The notes under the pieces: model-generated
Seen by the model: only the letters and a program-made list of their open reading frames with translations
What the model was told of the DNA's origin: nothing
The model's database searches: none
Position numbers and translations under genes: made by a program
Part shown: one piece after another, positions 12,286 to 24,559 of the stretch
Layout: the number at the start of each line of letters is the position of its first letter
Position numbering within the stretch: position 1 is the stretch's first letter
From: Octopus bimaculoides
Taxonomy: Eukaryota
Assembly: GCF_001194135.2 (NCBI RefSeq)
Contig: NC_068986.1
Location: forward strand, 52,108,176-52,172,175
Reading direction: 5' to 3'
DNA: 64,000 nt

Positions 12286-13251
12286 CTTGTCTCTCTTTGT
12301 GGTGTACTACTTTATCAGTTATGGTGTGGTTCAGTGACAGAGATAATTGCTATTATATGTTTATGCACTTTGATATAGTAGTTTACTTCTGAATGTGACT
12401 GAATCACTTTCGAAAACAACTTTAAAATTCAGTAGAAGTTTTGTAAAAATTTGTCATTTGAACATTAAAAATATTATGTCTGCTAGGAACTCTGTTGTTT
12501 ATTGCTAATTCCTTTTGGCAAGGAATTGTTTGTTGATGACGTGGAATCATATGAGGGAGCTGAGAATTGGGAACTGCAACGATGCTAATAATTGTACTTA
12601 TCTATTTCTTCTTGAAGAGCTAGTCTAACAAGTAGAGTCTTATCTTACAAATAAAAGTAAGGTAGTAATTTACTGAAAGTCTGTCTTTCGAAGTATATCT
12701 GGAGCTTAAATAATGATATTAATAATTTTAAAACGAAACGATCCCAGAATATGCCCTTACTCAATTAATTGCTCCAGGAAGTGTGATACTTCTATATCTT
12801 AAGAGCATGAGATTCTGTTTCAACCTTTTGCAATTTTAAGATTGGAATTGATAATTTTTCGTAGACGATTCAATTGCAAATTGATTGAGAAGATACTTCC
12901 ATTAACAGGTAAAATAAATTATTTGCAACATGATAGATTTGCCATACTCCAAAGGCTTGTCATACAATGACGAAAAATGCAGTAAAAGTTTTCTGTTGAA
13001 ATGTAACTTTATTAACAATAGTCATCCCCTTGGTTTTCATGTGTTCTATTAATATTGATGAAATGAAAATATCAGCCACCTTTGCATGTCATGGGTAGTG
13101 ATGTAGCAAAGCTTCTCTGCATCTTGCAGGAAAAGTGTTTTTGGCGCCTTACGTTAATTTACAGGCTAGAGAAACTTTTGAGTCCCTTCATCCCTATAGT
13201 CCAGGCAACTACTCCATACTCCTAACTTGCTATGACTCTGGTGTATAGATA

Positions 13252-13309
13252 TATTCAGTTGTCTTGCGCAAAATAAGTAAAATCTTATTTTGCGCAAGAC
13301 AACTGAATA
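13252..13309. repeat. Perfect 26-bp inverted repeat with a 6-nt loop
   Basis: TATTCAGTTGTCTTGCGCAAAATAAG-TAAAAT-CTTATTTTGCGCAAGACAACTGAATA. Confidence 0.97.
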
Positions 13310-14456
13310 AATATGTGTGCGACATATTCTTACGTTTATTTTTGGCGGGAAAATCAATTAAACTTCGGGTTCTAACCGCATTTCGATGTATTTATGAATA
13401 TTTTTTCTTATATACGGTTATGCTGTTTTCTTGCGTCAACCGTTTGAATAATCGATAACACGAAACTTAAAGATGTTACTCTAAAACCTTCGGCTTCTGA
13501 TAAATCAAACATATTCCACCTATGCACTTAATGTAATTTTCACCAAATACGTCACACACACACACACACACACACATACATACACAAACAAACACACAAA
13601 TACATAAACACACAAACACAGAGCCTGGAAGAAGGGTCAGTGCCTATAACATTTGTATTTCCACTGAGACTAGTAGGCTTGATAACTTTACTCCTCTGTT
13701 TAGTACCTGCGGGAAAGACATAACTTATCTTCTGTAGAACGGTTTAGCATAGTAGTCAATGTTAACCAAGTAGGATTATACACAAAATGATGAGGGTCGA
13801 GAGACCAGTAGATGGAGTATGCCTGTATAGTAGATGTACGATACTAGCCATGTTCTCTGAGGAACATTGGTTATTACAGTAATAAAAGAAAACCAGAAGG
13901 ATGAGATAGTTAACTTCTGGTTTATATGCTGGTGTGTATCCGTTAGTGATGGGATGCCAGTTAGTAGAGTGACCTTTCTCTGGATGCGGTCCACGACGTC
14001 TTTCTACGTAATAGCAACGCTGCTCTAGATGTGGTAGCAGTACTCTATCGTGGATATCATTTGAACGTTTCTTTAAAGCGAGGCCTTCTAAAGACCTAGC
14101 TGTGGATGGAGACAGTCATTATCAATGGTTGTCTCATTTATTGCATAGATGTTAGGTGTGAGAGCAATAGGATGATAGTTGGCTGGATTGGAGGAGCTCC
14201 AAACATGCATTGTCAGTAACTAGCGTAGACTCACTACCCATATAATTTTCATGATATTATCTTTTTACTTTCGTATGTACGTATATATGTGTGCATGCAT
14301 GTGTGTGTAAATTAAAAATAAAAGTTATAGTGGTTGGTTGCGTAGGATTAATCATTTCTTGTTTAATACAAAGTATAGTTTGTGAGTTCAAATCCAGAAA
14401 AGATTTAATTATTTAAACAGTTTTCAAAAAAAAAAAATAAATGTATATGTCTAATC

Positions 14457-14660
14457 TAGGCACAAGACCCGAAATTTTGGGGGAGGGGGCCAGTCGATTA
14501 GATAGAGACCCAGCACGCAACTGGTACTTAATTTATAGACTCCGAAAGGATAAAAGGCAAAGTAGAGTTCGGCGGAATTTGAGCTCAGAACGTAAAGACA
14601 GACGAAATACCACTAAGCTTTTCGCCTCGCGTGCTAACGTTTCTGCCAATTCACCACCTT
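14457..14660 (-). mobile_element. Family A SINE
   Basis: Complete head, core and 3' GGTCTTGTGCCTAG tail on the minus strand. Confidence 0.88.
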
Positions 14661-15956
14661 CAAGAAAATATATGTTGTTTGAATCGTATTGTATCATCTG
14701 CATTCGTTTTCAATATAATACATAGCTTCAAGGCTCAAATAAAGTTTTCCTTGCCATATTGTGCTTTGTTTTAACCCCATTTTCCCCCAGATATGCTTTC
14801 GATATTGTTATATCTCATCAATACAGCTTTCATAACAATATAATATTGTTCATAGGAATAAAACAATGATTGCTTACTTATAATTTTTCCCATTGTTTTC
14901 TTCATACCAACAAATGTGATCCTTTCGTATGCTGATAGCAGACGAAAGCAATAATAATTGCACAACACAAGTTTTATGAATATAGCTTCACATTAGATAT
15001 AATTCCGACATGGAATATTACAGATTTTAATTTGAAACATCAATGAAGGCAAAGTTTAGATAAATGTGTTTATAAGATTACACACCTATATGTCAGTGCA
15101 GAAGATGTAACTTATATTTTAATGTTTTAGAAAAATCAATTGAATAATGTTTGTAGCAAATGTTCGTGTCAATGAAAATTTTCAGCTGTTCAATCAAATG
15201 TGGATGGCCATATAAATGACAACCACAAACAATGAACGCAAATAACTTGCGTGTTTGTCGGGATAAATCTTTCTTGCTTATTTTAAGATTCTTTATGATT
15301 TAATATAACCGATTCTCTTTTATTGAGACTGGAACAAAACTGACTCAGCTAAACGGCAGATATGACATGAATAAAACAGCCTAGCTGTTACTACAGATCT
15401 CAAAATAGAGTGTACTATCTGCAATACAGTCCAAATAAACTACTTCATTCTGCTTGGCTACTTTGATATAAGGGACCACGTGAAATCTAATTTGATGATG
15501 TGTTCTGTTTAGCTCAAAAAACACTGACAACTAGTATGGGGGCCCAAACTTTCAATTAGTCAGAATAACAAACATGGCAAAAAAGTGAAACTGCAAGTAT
15601 CATCTGCATGGGATATCTAGAATCTCATGGACCCATATTTAAATACAATTATTTTAAAGTTAAATGTAAACATATTTCAGACGGCAAATGACAGAATCGT
15701 TAGTATGTCGTACAAAATGTTTAGCAGCGTCTCTTCGCACTCTTGACGTACTAAGTTCAAATCCCGCAGAGGTCGATAAAATACAGTACCAGTCAAGTAC
15801 AGGTGTTCATTTATGTACTGGCCCCTTCCCGTCAAAATGCTGACCTTGCAGCTGCACTGAACTGGCGTCGTATTTTGGAGAATGGTGTGATTTCGATCAT
15901 TTATACATTATGGAAACCAATAATCGACTCTTAGTGCTAAAGAAAAACACAAATAA

Positions 15957-16306
15957 GCACTGAGTGGCACCTTGGGCAAGTGTCTTCTACTATAGCCTTG
16001 GGCCGACCAAAGCCTTGTGAGTGAATTTGGTAGACGGAAACTGAAAGAAGCTCGTCGTATATATATATATGCTTGTGTTTCCGTCTGTGTCTGTCCCCCC
16101 ACTACCACCACAACCACTTGACAACTTATGCTGGTGTGTCTAAGTCCCTGTAACCTAGCGGTTAGGAAAAAGAAACAGGGAATAAATTCTCGGCTTACAA
16201 ATAAATAGGGTCGATTTGTTCGACTAAAAATACCCTTAATGTGGTGCTCCAGCATGGTCGCAGTGAAATGTGTGAAACAAGTAAAAGAATAAAAGAATAA
16301 AAGAAT
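15957..16306 (+). mobile_element. tRNA-derived SINE family C (internal microsatellite, AAAAGAAT tail)
   Basis: GTGGCACCTTGGGCAAGTGTCTTCTACTATAGCC...TTTGGTAGACGGAAACTGAAAGAAGC...GTGGTGCTCCAGCATGG; the same family recurs at 38995, 47100 and 63468. Confidence 0.85.
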
Positions 16307-17989
16307 ATAGGAAAAATGGTTTGAAATATACTTGAGTTCAAATCAACCTTCATCCAAGAAGCTGAACACGTTTAATCTTTCTCTCCGGGGAAACTCATTC
16401 ATACAGGTGAATATTGCTTCAAGAACTCTGCAGTCCGGTCCTATCAACGATTAGTAGCCGGTGGCTATTCACAGAACTGCAGATAAGTGTTTTCTCCCTC
16501 TGCATGCTAAGATGAAGATGATGCTTTATCACTTTATACAATTCATACAACATTTGCATGTTTCTGCCTGTATTATTTAAATGTTTCTGTTTATATAAGT
16601 TTAAAGAATCGGCTACAGCTTTTAATTTCGGCTGTGAAAATTATCAATTGCCTCATGGAAACAGTGATTTGAGATATCGAATGCAATGAAAATTTAGTAT
16701 ATTTTATTACATTTACATGGACGGGATTTGTTTTCTTTTTTTTGTTTGTTTGTTCATATCATCTGCATTGCATGAAAAAGATAATTTTCGTAAATGCAAC
16801 AAAGTATAATGAACTGAATTGCAGATTTCAAACTATATATTACACTAAACAATACAGAATCGTTTCGAATTTTATTAGAAACAAAGTAGAGTTTCAATAA
16901 CAGCAGAGAAAAGAAAAGAAAGATAAGTCAAGCAAATGAGAGGAAACACTCCTCCCATCCAAAACAACATTCTAGATGAGAATTTCGAATTACTTATACG
17001 ATATCCTCTATTTCTGATAATAAACTCGCTAAGGTTATTGTTTTGATCGAAGATGGCACAAGACAAGGAAAAAGTCTACAACATTGCAGGCGTCTCTAAC
17101 ATACATGCAAAGCAAAACCTTACGTTGTTGATTGGATTTTCTCCTGTGAAAAAACAAAAAAACAAAAACAATACACACACACACATGCATATATGAGTCA
17201 AGGAAGATTTTGTTAAATAAAAAAATTATTAATTACATTTAAAAAAATCTATAAAAGCATCTAGAAGAGGAGAGAAAGACAGTTGATTATTTTCTCCTTT
17301 TTGGAAAGAAATGTTCTTAATTCATAAGTGATTTCATTGTTTACAGCTTCTTAAATACATATGTTAAGGGGTATTCTATATAGAAGGCCTTGTTGTAAAT
17401 AGCAGTATTGAATATTTCCAGTCTAATTTCGGATTTAGAATTCTTATAAAACAGTCTTCTTTTGCGTTTCGTAGTTGATTATTTTCTCTCTTTATTTTGA
17501 AGAAAAATGAATATGTTGACGTTTACATTTGCACATACACCTAGATTTGTTACTACATGTAACATTTCTAATAACTAAGTTTTATAATGCCTACATAGTA
17601 CAATTTATAATGCCTACATAGTACAATTAAAAATGTTTTGAATTCTTAGCAACGGTGAGAGGGACACTTAGTGAAGGGGAAACACTCGGAACAGAAGTAA
17701 GGCAAAACAAAACGAATTGGCGAAACAGCAATAGTTCATATGTGCTGGGAGGATAAAGAAATGAAATATTGAACATTAATTCTGGAGCAATGAAAAACAT
17801 AGAAAAGATTTGAAAAGCAGATGCACTTGCTTTGCTTGCTATCTTCTGTTGAAAGCAAATTTCCTTCTCTCTTTCTGGCTGTTACATATTTACATGCTCT
17901 CGGCGTTTGGTGAAGATGATTAAGATAATGATAGAATCGTGATGTTGGACGTGCTGATCTTGTTCGCTGTATGGTGGTGCCACAACAGC

Positions 17990-18350
17990 TGTTAGTAGTG
18001 GAGATGGTCGTAATTATGATGACAATTAAAATCATTTTAACGAGGATGATTATAATGCTGACGATATTAATGACGAAGAAGATAATTAGGAGATAATAAT
18101 GAGCATATTCATCATAATTATTCAATAATTATGTTTTGACTGATAATAATAATTATGATCATCATAATTATGATCATCATCATCGTCATGATAATGATGA
18201 TAATCATAATAATTATTATTAATATGATTATTATTAACGTCATTATCAACATCATCATCATCACCATTATTATTATTATTATTATTATTATAATTATTAT
18301 TATTATTATAATTATTATTATTATTATTATAATAATAATTATTATTATTA
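17990..18350. repeat. Compound trinucleotide low-complexity tract (GAT/ATC/ATT)
   Basis: Direct reading. It explains the poly-I/poly-N ORFs at 17736-18565. Confidence 0.92.
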
Positions 18351-18720
18351 TGAAAGCCTAGCAAAATACTTTGCGGCATTTCTTCCAGCTCTTTATGTTC
18401 TGAGTTCAAATTCCGCCGACAGTTGACTTCGCTTTTCATCTTTCCAGGGTCGATAAAATAAATACTACTTGGGCATTCGAAATCAGCTTCATTATTATTA
18501 CCATGGTAATGATCACGATTATGATGATGATCATCATTATTAATGCAGTGAATTGGCAAAATCACTAGAGCGTCGAAAAGTTTTACTTTGTGACTTGAAA
18601 TCTCGCCGAGTTCAAATTTGCCTTTTCTTCTTTCCGGAGTCAGTAAAATAAAATTACTGTCTAGACAGATTCATGGTATCGATTATATCCATCTTGCAAT
18701 ACTGCTAGGCTTGTGTCTAC

Positions 18721-18759
<39 letters not shown>

Positions 18760-19021
18760 TGTAGTAGTAGTAGTAGTAGTAGTGGTGNNNNNNNNNNTTC
18801 AAATTCCGCCGAGTTCGACTTTGCCTTTCATCCTTTCGGGGTCGATTAAATAAGTACCAGTTACGCATTGAAGTTGATGTAATCGACTTAATTCCCTCCC
18901 CTCAGCTGCCCCCGAGGTAAAAATTTGAAATCATTATTATTGTTATTACTGAAAGGCCGTGATCTGGCAGGGCCCTTAGCACACTGGGTGAAATGTTTGG
19001 CGGCATTTCGTCCACTTTTAC
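18350..19021 (+). mobile_element. Same-strand array of decayed family A SINE copies separated by (ATT)n/(AGT)n tails
   Basis: SINE segments near 18350-18490, 18565-18720, 18798-18950 and 18951-19021; the first three carry the AAAT(T)C(C/T)CGCCGA...TTTGCC/TTCGC core and the last is a head only. Confidence 0.75.
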
Positions 19022-19023
19022 GC

Positions 19024-19465
19024 AAAGGTGGCGAGCTGGCAGAATCGTTAGCACAATGGCGGTGAGCTGACAGAATGCTAAGCGGTATTTCGTCTGTCGT
19101 TACGTTCTGAGTTCAAATTCCGCCGAGGTCGACTTTGCCTTTCATCATTTCGGGGTCGATAAATTAAGTACTAGTTACGCACTGGGGTCAATCTAATCGA
19201 CTTAATCCCTTTGTATGCCCTTGTTTGTCCTCTCTGTGTTTAGCCCCTTGATGGCAATAAAGAAATACGAATCGTTAGCACAATGGACAAAATGCTTAGC
19301 GGTATTTCACCCGTCGCTACATTCTGAGTAAAAATTCCGCCGAGGTCGACTTTGCCTTTCATCCTTTCGGGGTCGATAAGTAAAGTACCAGTTGCGTAAT
19401 GGGGTCGATCTAATCGAGTGGCTCCTTCTCACCAAATTTCAGGCCTTGTGCCTGTAGTAGAAAAG
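19024..19465 (+). mobile_element. Family B SINE inserted into a family A SINE head with an 18-bp target-site duplication
   Basis: Exact direct repeat GAATCGTTAGCACAATGG at 19042-19059 and 19269-19286 flanks the inner element. Confidence 0.88.
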
Positions 19466-19939
19466 ATTGTTATTATTATTAGTTGTAGTAGAAGTAGTGG
19501 TGATGGTGGTGGTGGTGGTGGTGGTGGTGGTGGTCATCGTCGTCGTCGTTGTAGTAGTAGTTGTAGTAGCAGCAACAGCAGCAGCTTGGGGTCAAGAGCT
19601 GGAAGAACTTCTAATATTGAAATATTGTATAATCTTTTTCATCTGTCGTTTAACTTTGATGTTTGAAACTCTTGAATGTTCTGTTTCCTAATAAAGTAGA
19701 TATTTTAGAGCATTCTTTTTTCAAGTGTTAATTTCTATTAAGGCTGGTTCTTTTCTTCGCCGATTACAGACGATATTTAGAGGTTCTCTCCCGATTGGAG
19801 AGTAATTTAGAAAATACATATTTAGCTATAACTTCTCCCATTTGAATTTGTAATTCTGAAATTTCATCATTCCTATTCCTTCAAACCTCTTGTTCACTGC
19901 AGCAATATGGAATTTTTTATACTCTTATATGGTCACCTT

Positions 19940-20157
19940 AAAGCAGCAAGCTGGCAAAATCATTACAACGCGAGGTGGAGGAATCCATACTTACATTTTT
20001 TATGCATCTACGTCATGAGTTCAAATGTCGACTGAGTTGACTTTGCATTTCATCCTTTTCTGGACCCATAAAATAAGTAGCAGTTAAGTAATGGGGACTA
20101 GATAATCAACTGCTCCTTTTCTCCTAAAACTATTGGCCTTATGTCAAAATTTGAAAC
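19940..20157 (+). mobile_element. Decayed family A SINE
   Basis: AAAGCAGCAAGCTGGCAAAATC head, GAGTTCAAAT and GACTTTGCATTTCATCC core. Confidence 0.7.
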
Positions 20158-20199
20158 ACCTATGACGAGTGTAGTCACGAATTCCGAAAGGATTTTGAA

Positions 20200-20700
20200 A
20201 TTCCTGGTCTTGATTATATTGATTATATTGATTATATTGGGGTGAAGATGCTTGTACAAATTTCACTCCAGTTTCTAAATCCACTTTGTCACAAATAATC
20301 TTTAAACATAGGAAAACTCATTTAAATAAAAGGGTTGAGAACCATTCTTTGGAACCATTTTTGGAAACCACTGTTCTACATTATCATGGTTATGTAATTT
20401 TTCTAAATAGAAATTCATATTTGTTCATTGTTCGGATATATTTGTAGTATGGCAAAGCTCAGTACGTTGATATTATATTTAAGGTTTAACTGTCATATCT
20501 TTCTGCAAAACTACCACTACTCTTGTTTTCACGAAGTAATCTCCTGGTTTTTCAATGTCTTTACTTGAATTCTTCCCCTCCTAAAAGATTCCGGTATTCT
20601 CAATTCCATTCAAAATGAAATTATAGACTATTTCTTTCATAACGGATTCTTCTCGTTTTTCGCAATTAATTAAAATCTTTAATTTCTTTTGATGGGGTAT
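20200..20700 (-). pseudogene. Possible highly decayed Penelope-like RT N-terminal fragment
   Basis: Frameshifted peptides LKNQEIT..VVVLQK..YDS.TLNII and NGSQP resemble the PLE motifs 'KADKG..VVVL.K.DY' and 'GSQPA.LYGLPK'. The signal is weak. Confidence 0.35.
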
Positions 20701-20778
20701 TTAAATTGTATTAACAACATTTTGTGGGCGTAGTACTCTCTCACTTTCTCTTTCTCCCTCCTTCCATCTCTCTCTCTC

Positions 20779-20814
<36 letters not shown>

Positions 20815-20824
20815 NNNNNNNNNN

Positions 20825-20869
<45 letters not shown>

Positions 20870-21171
20870 ATAATGTAAACATATGTATATGTTTACACAC
20901 ACACACACATACATATGTAGACTTCGTTTTCGAATTTTCCTGTTGTACAGGTATCCACGCAGTATCTTTGAAAATGTTTATGGCCCCCGTATTATTGCCT
21001 AATCTTAATTGTACCATATAATTTAGATTTAAACATTAACTTTACATCTTTGACGTATTTTCTTCATGAAAAGAGCTACCCGCGATTTAATTTCCTTTTT
21101 CCTGATTTCTTTGTACAGTATTTGCAACCTATTACTTTAATCAACCAATCTTTTCTTCATTTAAAAAAAAA

Positions 21172-21385
21172 AGCGGTGAGCTAGCAGAATCGTTAGTACG
21201 CTGGTGAGCAGGCTTAGCAACATTTGATCTGTTTTTACGTTTAAGTTCAAATTCTGCTGAAGTCGGCTTTACCTTTTATCCTTTAGGGGTCTATGAAACA
21301 ATTACCGGTTGAGCACTGGGGTCGATGTAATCTACTAGCCCCTGCTCCAAACTTCAGGCCTTGTGCTTATAGTAGAGAGGATTAT
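21172..21385 (+). mobile_element. Family A SINE
   Basis: GCGGTGAGCTAGCAGAATCGTTAG head, GAGCACTGGGGTCGATGTAATC block and CAGGCCTTGTGCTTATAGTAG tail. Confidence 0.82.
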
Positions 21386-22152
21386 TAAAGCCCTTAAGTG
21401 TGATAGATTAGCAGTATTTCAGTTCAAATTCCACTACGATCAACTTTACTTTCCTTCCTTCGGATTCGATAGTGTTAAGAATGTAAAGACATCAATAATA
21501 TCACCTAAACCCGTTCTCTTCAAAACTGCTGACCGTCATTGATTGAACATGATGCCTCAAAATATGTCACATTTAAGTGTGTATCCGTCACAATTCATTA
21601 TCACACTTCTACCCTCTTTTTACCACAACTTCCCTTGCCGTATCTCTACGAAATTTATGTACTGTTTTTACTAAATAGATTAATTGATCTTCACTCTCTA
21701 CGAACATATTCCAGGAATACATAAATAAAAGGCAATTTAATAGATGCTATCTGGTTTTAATTATATCCTCGTGCCTTGAAGTTTCTTGAAGCACTTCTAA
21801 AGTTATCTCGTATATAATACAACAGAATGTGATACCATTTGTCACTATGAAAATCGCTTGTACGAATCCTGTTAGTTCTTATGTATTCATCACGAGAGCT
21901 AAATTTAATTAAACTATAACCTTTGGTTAGTAATACAGTCAGCTCTGATATACGTTCATTCATTTTAATAAATGTTTTATACAATACATGAATTGTGACC
22001 ATTAAGGTTAGCTAAGAATGTGTTGCTATGACATAGACACTCATATGATACATTTGTTTAATTGTGAGATGCAGGTCATTTCCTGCCATACTATTCTATA
22101 ATAACTCTGCACTTCATTAAAAGTTATTTCTCACTGATGGCCATATATTCAG

Positions 22153-22242
<90 letters not shown>

Positions 22243-22285
22243 ACCCTCTCTCTCTCTCTCTCTCTCCCTCTCTCTCTCTCTTCCC

Positions 22286-22322
<37 letters not shown>

Positions 22323-22335
22323 AATCTATCTATCT

Positions 22336-22649
22336 AAACAATGATACAAATAGTACTAGCATTGCTAGAAATAAGAGTAATAAACGAAAGAGTGGACACA
22401 CAAAGCACTATCCTCATGAGTTGACGAAAAGCCAGAGAGCAAACAAATGCACCTTTCTATGGTGATATAAACTCACAAAATGAAGTAAACAGATACATCC
22501 GTTTCACGTGATTTCGAACTCTGATAAGGTGCTTTTGCATGCTACCTCGCTTTTCATCAACTCATGAGGTTAGTGCTTTGTGTGGCTATTCATGTCGTTT
22601 TTGACTCTTATTCCACCATGCAATGCTGGTACTATTTGTAACCTTGTTT
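22336..22649. mobile_element. Foldback/MITE-like element with ~120-bp inverted arms
   Basis: AAACAATGATACAAATAGTACTAGCATTGC...CACACAAAGCACTATCCTCATGAGTTGACGAAAAGC pairs with the reverse complement of 22524-22649 at roughly 80% identity. Confidence 0.82.
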
Positions 22650-22732
22650 ATTAATTTACCGTTAGATTTTAATTGCTAACGGGTCATCTATGTTATAATA
22701 TACTTAATATATATTATATTATACTATTTATA

Positions 22733-22787
<55 letters not shown>

Positions 22788-23287
22788 NNNNNNNNNNNNN
22801 NNNNNNNNNNNNNNNNNNNNNNNNNNNNNNNNNNNNNNNNNNNNNNNNNNNNNNNNNNNNNNNNNNNNNNNNNNNNNNNNNNNNNNNNNNNNNNNNNNNN
22901 NNNNNNNNNNNNNNNNNNNNNNNNNNNNNNNNNNNNNNNNNNNNNNNNNNNNNNNNNNNNNNNNNNNNNNNNNNNNNNNNNNNNNNNNNNNNNNNNNNNN
23001 NNNNNNNNNNNNNNNNNNNNNNNNNNNNNNNNNNNNNNNNNNNNNNNNNNNNNNNNNNNNNNNNNNNNNNNCCGGATCCGTTCGTGCTGCAGATGTTGGT
23101 GAGAGGGATAACTACCCTTGGCAAACAGGACACAGTCGTGTGTCGATAAGCCAGCTGGAGGAGATGTCCTCCTGGGGCTAAAAGCAACAGTAACATCCAC
23201 CCCTAGGGGTCAGCCACACTTAAGTGGCAATATACTACACTTTATCGTGCAGTTACTGTTAATACTTCATTTAGAGAATTAACATTG

Positions 23288-23328
<41 letters not shown>

Positions 23329-23540
23329 CAGTTTCTCTCTAGATACATACATGCATGCATGCATACATACATACATTCATACATACATACATACATACAT
23401 ACCTGATACAATGATTTGGGATAGAGAAGAGAAAGTGAGCACAGTTGTGGAAATTAGCTGCCAAGCGGATGATAACATAAAGCTGGAGATCAGTGAAAAT
23501 TAGTTACTCTATCCAGATTACAAGTTCAGGTTTATACCTG

Positions 23541-23980
23541 GGGCCCTGCGATATGTTATATTTGGGCCCTGCGATATGTAACTATTGGGCCCTGCGATAT
23601 GTAATACTCTGCCTAAATACCAATCTTGAGAAATTAGGCTTCTCAAAACCAGAAAGGAGAAAGCTAATTCGAAGACTACAGATCCAATCCATCACTGGAA
23701 TTGTAAAGATTTGTCAAACTTACCAGAAGTTTAACATTTAAATATATATGAGCATGTCTAGATATGTAATTATATACATGAGAATACATACATAAAACAT
23801 ACAAATTTGCATATACATGCATGCTTACCTACATACATACATACATAATACTTACAAACAAATTACTCTGTTGTTGATGTTGAAATTTCAATTAAGGAAA
23901 CCTCGATCTAGGTTAGAAACCGGTTCTTTCTCTATTGGCAAGAAATCTTGAAACAAACTGAATAATGACATACACACTCA
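23541..23980 (+). mobile_element. 3' fragment of an RLE-type non-LTR retrotransposon (family E)
   Basis: GALRYV..CLNTNLEKLGFSKPERRKLIRRLQIQSITGIVKICQTYQKFNI* followed by a 3'UTR ending AAACTGAATAATGACATAC. A second copy lies at 48303-48660. Confidence 0.78.
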
Positions 23981-24559
23981 TACACGCGCATAATACAAAA
24001 ACAATTCTTTGTACTTTTGATACAAGGGCAGCAAATTAGGTGAGGCAATTTGTCGATTACATGGATCAGATCATAATACTTGAGTAACTCTTTCTCTTAT
24101 CTTCCCCGAAAGGATGAAAGATTTTTGCGAATACAACTCTTCTGTAACAACACATAGATGCTGCCGTATACTAAGAAATATATTAACGTAATAATATTTA
24201 TTTAGTTATGTATTTTTTAAATGCTTGTTTGAATGATTTAGTTTCTGATTTCAGTGATCACAAGGTAAATATATATACCAGCTATTTAATGAGGTAACAA
24301 GTTAGGGAACATCAATGCAAAGTTTGCCAAGTTCCATTTCAGTAACATCGACTTCCAAAGATGAAAATAAAATACACGATAAAGAAACATATTTTAATGC
24401 TATTTGTTTTAGAAAATATGTAAAAAAAAAAAAAACATGCCAAATAGTAATATTTGAAATATTCAAATTAGGTTCCACCGTAAAAAGATCTGCCTAATCA
24501 GATTATTTTTATGAAAAGTTGATAATTCTACAATTATCAGTGCAATAAATCCACTGTGT

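Noticed and set aside
12400-13140. Possibly decayed coding sequence
   Set aside because: All six frames are stop-ridden and no family motif could be pinned down.
22410-22440. Hammerhead-like CTCATGA-GTTGAC-GAAA in the 22.3 kb foldback
   Set aside because: The invariant G5 is C in both arms, stem II is too short and there is no valid stem III.
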